Assembly: GCA_043228905.1 (NCBI GenBank) | Contig: JBHGNT010000405.1 | Location: 1-27,977 of the forward strand | Length of the DNA stretch: 27,977 bases | Origin: Azolla caroliniana | Lineage: Eukaryota; Plantae; Polypodiophyta | Direction of reading: 5' to 3' | In this document: positions 21,765 to 27,977 of the stretch, in pieces | Position numbering within the stretch: position 1 is the first letter of the stretch | How the letters are laid out: every line of letters starts with the position of its first letter | Position numbers and translations under genes: made by a program | Notes under the pieces: model-generated | Told to the model about the DNA's origin: nothing | Seen by the model: only the letters and a program-made list of their open reading frames with translations | Databases searched by the model: none

Positions 21765-24546
21765 ATGAGTGAAGATTCACCGTTCTCGATTGAAGAATAT
21801 TGTTTGTCATCAGACTCATCATTTTCTACTGAAGAGTATTGTTTGTCAACAGAGTCACCATATTCGATTGAAGAATATTGTCTGTCGAACGACTCACCAT
21901 ATTCTATCGAAGAATATTGTCTGAGCTCATCTACAGGGAATGTAAATAATGACACATGTGAAGAGTTCTCTATTGAAGAATACGATATTAATAAAGATAC
22001 GGAGAATGAAGGTAGTGCCCAGGAAACATTGAATACATTGGCGATGGTCACAACAGAGAATTAGATTGTAACAAGGTTACACCAACCTCTATGCAAGAAG
22101 AGAAATCTGGGAGCCCTATGCATATTAGAAGAATCCCACGAAGAATTCGTCTGGCTAGATTTAGCTTGGTCACATCAGATAAACAGATTGGATTTGATGT
22201 CAAAAAAATATGTTGTGCCAGTGGTTGTATGTCTATGATTGGAAAATCAAAGTTGCGAGAATTAAGGCGATACTATTTTTCGATGACCGGTGATGAGCAA
22301 GACACTTACCTCGGGTCACATATGCAACTAGTATCTGACAAATGTACGGGGATCAAAGTATCATTCGAGTATTATATCTTCCATGCGCAACAGATATGTA
22401 GAGTTGCATTCAAAATTGCGTTATGTGTTAGTAACATGCGGCTACATAGAGTACAACAACGTCTACTTAGCGGGGATCAGATGCTCAATTGTAAAGAGGT
22501 TCCAAGTATGAAAGGTACAATTGGAAGACATGCTATTGGTTGGATGAAAACTTACTTTCAGTTAAATTGTGAAGTAATGCCCACTACAGGTAGGATGCAT
22601 CTTTCTGATAATTATACACGTCGGGAAGTTTATGATGTCTATCGATCTGATATGTTGGGCTCACGTAATAAGTCTATCACCTATAGCCAATTCACAAGAT
22701 TATGGAGAGCTCGGTTTTCAAATGTTATTATTCCTCATAAAGTACGTATGGGGTATTGCTCCATTTGTGCAAATCTTAAAAGTTTGGCTAAAGGTGCAAA
22801 GACATCAATGGAAAAGGATACGAGTAAGAAGTTACTACAAGAGCATCGGGAGGCACAATCCTTAGAACGAAAGAAGGTGATGCAACATAGAGAGAAGTGT
22901 TTGAAGAGGCCCTAACAATACATGTGCTTAATGATAGATGGCATGGACTAGAAGAAGACGTGCTTGCCGCATATGCGGAGGCTCCCCAAAGATGTCAATG
23001 ATGAGTGCCTTGTTCAAATGCACTTGGTGGGATGCTTGGCTTATAATAGGTCTGTTCGACCTCACGTCTTCATTACTTACCCCAATGTTCACAATGACCC
23101 TAACCTAACAGTTACAGTGATTCACCGAGTTTTGATGTCTTGGGGCCAACCTTTCCCCCCTGTTCTATACATTCAATTGGACAATACTACTAGAGAGAAC
23201 AAAAATTCAATTGTATTTGGCTATCTAAGTATGTTGGTCAACCTAGAATTGTTTAGGAAAGTGAAAGTCAATTTCCTTTTGGTTGGCCACACACATGACC
23301 ATATAGATAAGATGTTTAGCACATTCTCCAGACAGTTGTCTCAGCATGATGCTTTCACTTTACCTAAACTATTTGATGTCATTTGTGATGCTTATACACC
23401 ACGCCCAAAAGTGTTACACTTGAAGGAGGTATATGACTTTAAGAGATATATATTAGATGGGGGTGGTGGGAATGTTAAAGTGCTTGCTCAGTTAAACAAT
23501 ATATCAGTTTCAATCACATTTTTATGATAAAGAAAAATGGAATAAGTGGTTCTACACTTTTGTATGCTAAACAATATTCATCTTCTACAACATGGGAACC
23601 TGAAGGTGGTTGCCAGTTATTACTTTGTATGCCGAGTACAATTGTCCATGGAGCTAAGCAAATGCCAATTGAGAAGAAAGGACAGTTGCAGAGCGACTTG
23701 GTATCAGAACAAAAACGGTCATGGCTCCGAGCCTTAGAAGAAAAAAGAAAGCATATTGAGGCCGCCAAGAAATATGCCGCACAACAAGACACGTCATGGT
23801 GGGATGTATTTTATAGTGATCAGAAAGACATTATAGACAATTGTGTATCTGTTGATAATTGGAATTTGGAAACGCCATTCACATGGTCGCTGCAACATGA
23901 TCGCGTAAATAGAACTCCGGAGCAACTAGTAAATGTGATTAATGACAGCTTGGTCCATCCACAACAAAGAGACATTTATGTGGGACCAAGGATGACCAAA
24001 GCAGCCGAAGCTAGATGGCAAGGCAATTTGCAAGAGCTCACCGCGGGGATGTTGATTGCAACGCCGGCTGATGAGAACTCACATGGCCACCAATTTTGGG
24101 TTGGTAAAATTCTAGAAGTGCTAATGCATGAAATAGAAAACACGATCAAGTCTATAAATGTTCATTGGTACAACACTAGAAGTGCAAATGCTTTTACAGG
24201 TAAGTATACATTGGAGATGATTGAATGCCCAACAAGAAGGGGAGGTAGGAAGAGGAAGCGAAACATTCGTAACACCTCGACCCTTGATATCTCTGATGTG
24301 GATATCATCGTGTACGACTTCACACTTACAAAAGCCGGACGATTAAGGAAGTCAACAATAGATATAATAAAAGAAAAATTACCAAGTCTACAAGGTGGCT
24401 CGAGTCAAAGGCAAACAAGATCTGCTACATATAATCTAGAGTCAAACCATTTGGTTTACGACGAAGATAATGCACTGATTGGTACATCCGAGGATGATGA
24501 GGAGGAATCGTCATTGTATATTAGTTATAGTAGTGATTCTCCGTAA
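21765..24546 (+). pseudogene. Sola-type DDD transposase, disrupted
   Basis: CCASGC, QICRVAF, FTRLWRARF, CSIC, then catalytic motifs MIDGMD(Q), LYIQLDNTTRENKN, FLLVGHTHDHID. Stops at 22913 and 22949; apparent frameshifts near 22055 and 23505. Confidence 0.88.
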
Positions 24547-24904
24547 AGGAGTAATCATGAATGTATATTTGGCTATTAAGTGTAACTACATTCCGCTTGT
24601 AACAAATCGAGTAATATAAAAGCATGTGTTTTGAATTCTTATGATTTCTAAAAAATCGTTTCTTATAAAATAACATTGTTTGTAAAGTTTGTGATATAAA
24701 TTGAGAATGTATCTTTTTGAAATTCGTCTTTTTTTAGTAACTTCTAAATCACGAAAATAGTGGATTTTTAACCTTTTTCATAGTATGTTTGAACATGTAT
24801 GATACTGGTATCAATGTGTTTTGTAAAATCATTGAAATACCCCTAAAATTTCCCTTATCCTTCCATTTATGCGCGATCCTTCCACTTGTGAACGTGAACG
24901 TGTT

Positions 24905-27900
24905 TCTTAACAGTTTGTCGATTTCCTCCTTGACTTTGGCGGCATAATGGGGATTCATCCGGTACCGTCTTTGTGCCACTGGTTTTGCGTCCTTGCTCAA
25001 GTGAATCTGATGCTAGTATAACTAAGGGTCGAGCCCTCGCATGTCTTCGTATGACCAGGCAAACACGTCGCGAAATTCCATGAGAAGTGTGATCATTGCC
25101 GTTTTGTCTTCGGACTTCATCTCCTTGGCGATGTGCACCGGTTTTGCTTCGTCTGTGGTCCCTAGGTTCACCTCTTCAAGTTGCGACGCTTTTACGTGCT
25201 GTGAAACGGCCATTTCCCGTTCCAACGCTTCATGCGCTTGCCGTAACTCTCGGATTGCGGCTTTATCCGGTTCTGCTTTAGTCTCTTCCGGCTGCGGTAA
25301 GTATGGTGCTACTACTTCGGCAATGTCAATTTCAAAGAGGGGTACGATCTTCAGGTTTTCCTGCAAGTACAAAGCTTCTTCTTTGTCAACTAACCCTTCT
25401 AGCATGTTGACGCACTCTGCATACAACAATGTACATTCCTTGCCAGTGCTCGTCCTTGGTTGTGTTGGTACCCGTACCTTGGCTTTTCCTCGCCGGAAGG
25501 TAATTATATTTTTCCTCCAATTCTGTTTGATATGTGTCGTTTTCAACCACGGCCGCCCCAGCAATAGCGGGTATGCGCCTTGTGCCTGTAATTGGAGCAT
25601 TACTGCCGAGATGTGAAATGTATGACCGCCAACGGTGACTTCTAATTTTCGTATTAATCCTGTCGGCCGTAATGAGCTTGTATCGGCCATCTGTAACCAG
25701 AATGGACACGGCTCCCACTCGTGGATTCACAGGGCATCACACGTCCGGAGGCTTATTACATTCACCCCGGAGCCTCCGTCTGTTATTGTGTCGGGGTGTT
25801 CTTTCCCTTTTACAATGGCAGTAATTACCGGGCTATTGGTGTCCACCATTGTTGGTCCCTCCTCCGGATTCGAGAAGAGTACCGGTGCCGGTGATGATTC
25901 TCCTTCCGTCATGGTTGTCTTCAGTCCTTCCGTGAATCTCGGCACGAGCTATAGGAGTCTTCCTAGTGGCAGCGTAATCTGCCATTCTTGCAACGCCTCC
26001 CATGTTTCGTTCTCGGGGTGACTACCGCCGACAAGCCCTACAGTGTTCTCCTTTTGCCACTGTAAGTCTGTGACATTTTGCTTGTTTGCTTTCTTCACCC
26101 ATTCCGTTGCTTGCTTCCATATGGTCTCCTGCGTCTCCCATTCCTTGGCCATGCCCTTCGACCTTGTGGTCACCTGTTGCAGATCTGCCACTTCAGGGAC
26201 TACCATATTTACTGTCGGTCGTTTGTCATAGATCTTCGCCGAGCATTGATTACTATAATGGCCTTCCTGTCGGCAGTAGTAGCAGTAGGCTTTCCCGGTA
26301 TTGTTGGGTTCGGCATTGTCTGTTGTACCCGAGGCAGGTCCCGTGGTAAGCGCGGTGTTTTGGGCCGGTTAGCTGCTTGAAGCTCCTTGTTCCGGATCCC
26401 GTGGGTAGCCGCCTTTTTTGAAATGCCGTTTTTTGTTATAGTTCTTCTTATTGCGGTAATATTGACGAGGTTGGTCGTTATATCTACCGTATTCCTCCCG
26501 TTGCTGACGATACCCGGGGGAGTGCTCCCGATCGTAATGTTCGTATCGTCTATTGTAATCCCGGTACCGATCATATCTATCATGCCGGTCGTAGTTATCC
26601 CGTTGATCACTGTACCAGACATCATTCTCCCGTCGATCGCCATACCGGACATCCTGTGCCAGTCGGTCGCGGTCCATTCGCCGCCAGCATTCCTCTTCTT
26701 CATCCCGGCTGTTGGGTGGCTCTATTTGTCGGACGGGCGGTGCTTGCCGGTTCAATAGATTATACTCGCACCTATCCGTCGTATGGCCCTTGGATTGACA
26801 GATTACACAGTGCGTCCTCATAGTGCATTCTAGTGCCGAGTGTCCGGAATTCAAGCAGGTTGTGCACTATATTGTTTGCCGAAACCGGAGGTCTTCATCG
26901 GACGGTAACGCCCGTTTGAGTGCTCCCAGTGTGAGCCAAGAGCTTGTCTTTTCCATCTCTCTAACCCGGTCAATGACATGGTCGATGGTACTTGCGCGGA
27001 AGTCAATTACCGTGCAAACCGTGCGTAGGGGTTCCCGGAGCGCATTTAGGAATATAGTCCGTAATTCCTCCTCCGGGGGTGCGCGGGCAAGCTAACTATG
27101 CATCCGTTGAAACCGGATGACAAACTGGGGAATGCTCTCCCCTACCTCCTGTCGGATGGTATAAAATTAGCCCACCATTACTGTCTGGTCCACCTCCTTT
27201 TGGAAAAAATGCAAGAATTTAGCTTTTAAATCTGCGAAGGTGGTGATGGTAGATGGGTCTTGCGTCTGACGCCATCTCGTTGCCAGTCCCTCCAATGTGA
27301 CACCAAATTCTGCTATCTTAGAGCGTTCCTCTTCTTCCGGGGTCAATCGTTGGGACACATGGTTTGCTTCCCATGTCTGTTCGAAGGCGTGAACATGGGC
27401 TTCCGCGTCCGGATCATCTCTATACTTGGAGTACTGGAACGACATATCCTCGTCCGGTATCGGTGCGCGGGCTGGCGGTGTTGGTGGTCGTTCCTGGTTT
27501 TTCTCCGGCGTCGGTGGTCTTTCCTCTTCTTTTGGTGACGGAGGCCTCTCCTCCTCGACTTCCGGTGTTGGAGGTCGCTCTTCCTCTGCTGGTTCCGGAG
27601 GTTCCAACCTTAGCACTTCCGGTTCCGGTGTCGGTAAGGTGTCCGATCCTTCGTCCTCCGGTCCGCCCGGGGTTTCGTTGCTGCTACAATAGTTCGTGTG
27701 CACGCTATATTCCCCTCAGGAATCCAATTCATACACTGAAAAGGCTTCTGCTTCGCCTTCTCCGCTTGCCAACGCCTGGAGAAGGGATTCGGTTTCCCGA
27801 AGGCTGCTTAGGCTACTGCCATCGTCCGGGTGCGATGTTTGCTGTAACCAGAGGGACTCCTCCACTACTCTCCGGATTACGTTGGAAAACGAGCGATTCC

Positions 27901-27977
27901 GCTCTAATTTCCTGCACCGTTTGATGGAAAGCCTCACGTCTCATTTGCCTTTCGGCAAGGCGTCGAGTTCGATCTGT
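24905..27977 (-). pseudogene. Gypsy gag, protease and start of RT (5'-truncated by window)
   Basis: Gag: DPDAEAHVHAFE, LEGLATRW, FADLKAKFL. Two CCHC knuckles (CTTCLNSGHSALEC, CVICQSKGHTTDRC). Protease: ITDGGSGVNVI...LLLGRPWL. Then DVFAWSYEDMRGLDP. Single frame with point stops. Confidence 0.94.
27476..27590 (-). repeat. EEERPPTPE-type coding repeats in gag N-terminus
   Basis: EEERPPTPEVEEERPPSPKEEERPPTPEKNQERPPTPP in ORF 27167-27703. Confidence 0.85.

Larger units (their letters stand above)
19682..24904 (+). mobile_element. Sola-superfamily DNA transposon, 5223 bp, inserted in RT
   Basis: 36-bp TIRs (19682-19717, 24869-24904; 2 mismatches) and TCTT TSD (19678-19681, 24905-24908). Removal restores EEIDKLLRVGFIRPV. 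Confidence 0.9.
9819..27977 (-). mobile_element. Ty3/Gypsy LTR retrotransposon, non-chromovirus, Athila-like, with extra ORF; runs beyond window end
   Basis: Minus-strand order GAG-PR-RT-RH-INT, then a long extra ORF, then an LTR. Integrase ends WTGPY...VNGF(R)LKPY. No chromodomain or additional archaeal-type RNase H seen. Lineage label is inferred from motifs. Confidence 0.9.

Overview
Land-plant genomic DNA, probably a non-seed plant (inference). Bases 1-5078 hold the 3' eleven exons of an intact COP1 gene (coiled coil, NLS, WD40); the RING exon lies upstream of the window. The rest is a nested transposon block. It starts with a 732-bp foldback element with an 8-bp TSD (6577-7308) and a decayed hAT transposon (7426-9818). 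The hAT is interrupted by a large Ty3/Gypsy (Athila-like) element that runs past the window end. That Gypsy element carries two insertions: a very young GAG-only LTR element (11885-15458; tRNA-Trp PBS, 4-bp TSD, tRNA-like Pol III cassette in its LTRs) and a Sola DNA transposon (19682-24904) with an internal palindrome array. The most unusual observation concerns the large Gypsy element. All its ORFs are on the minus strand, yet the LTR at their 3' side (9819-10251) is bordered by a plus-strand tRNA-Arg primer-binding site where a polypurine tract should be. Family and tRNA assignments come from recalled motifs, not from searches.
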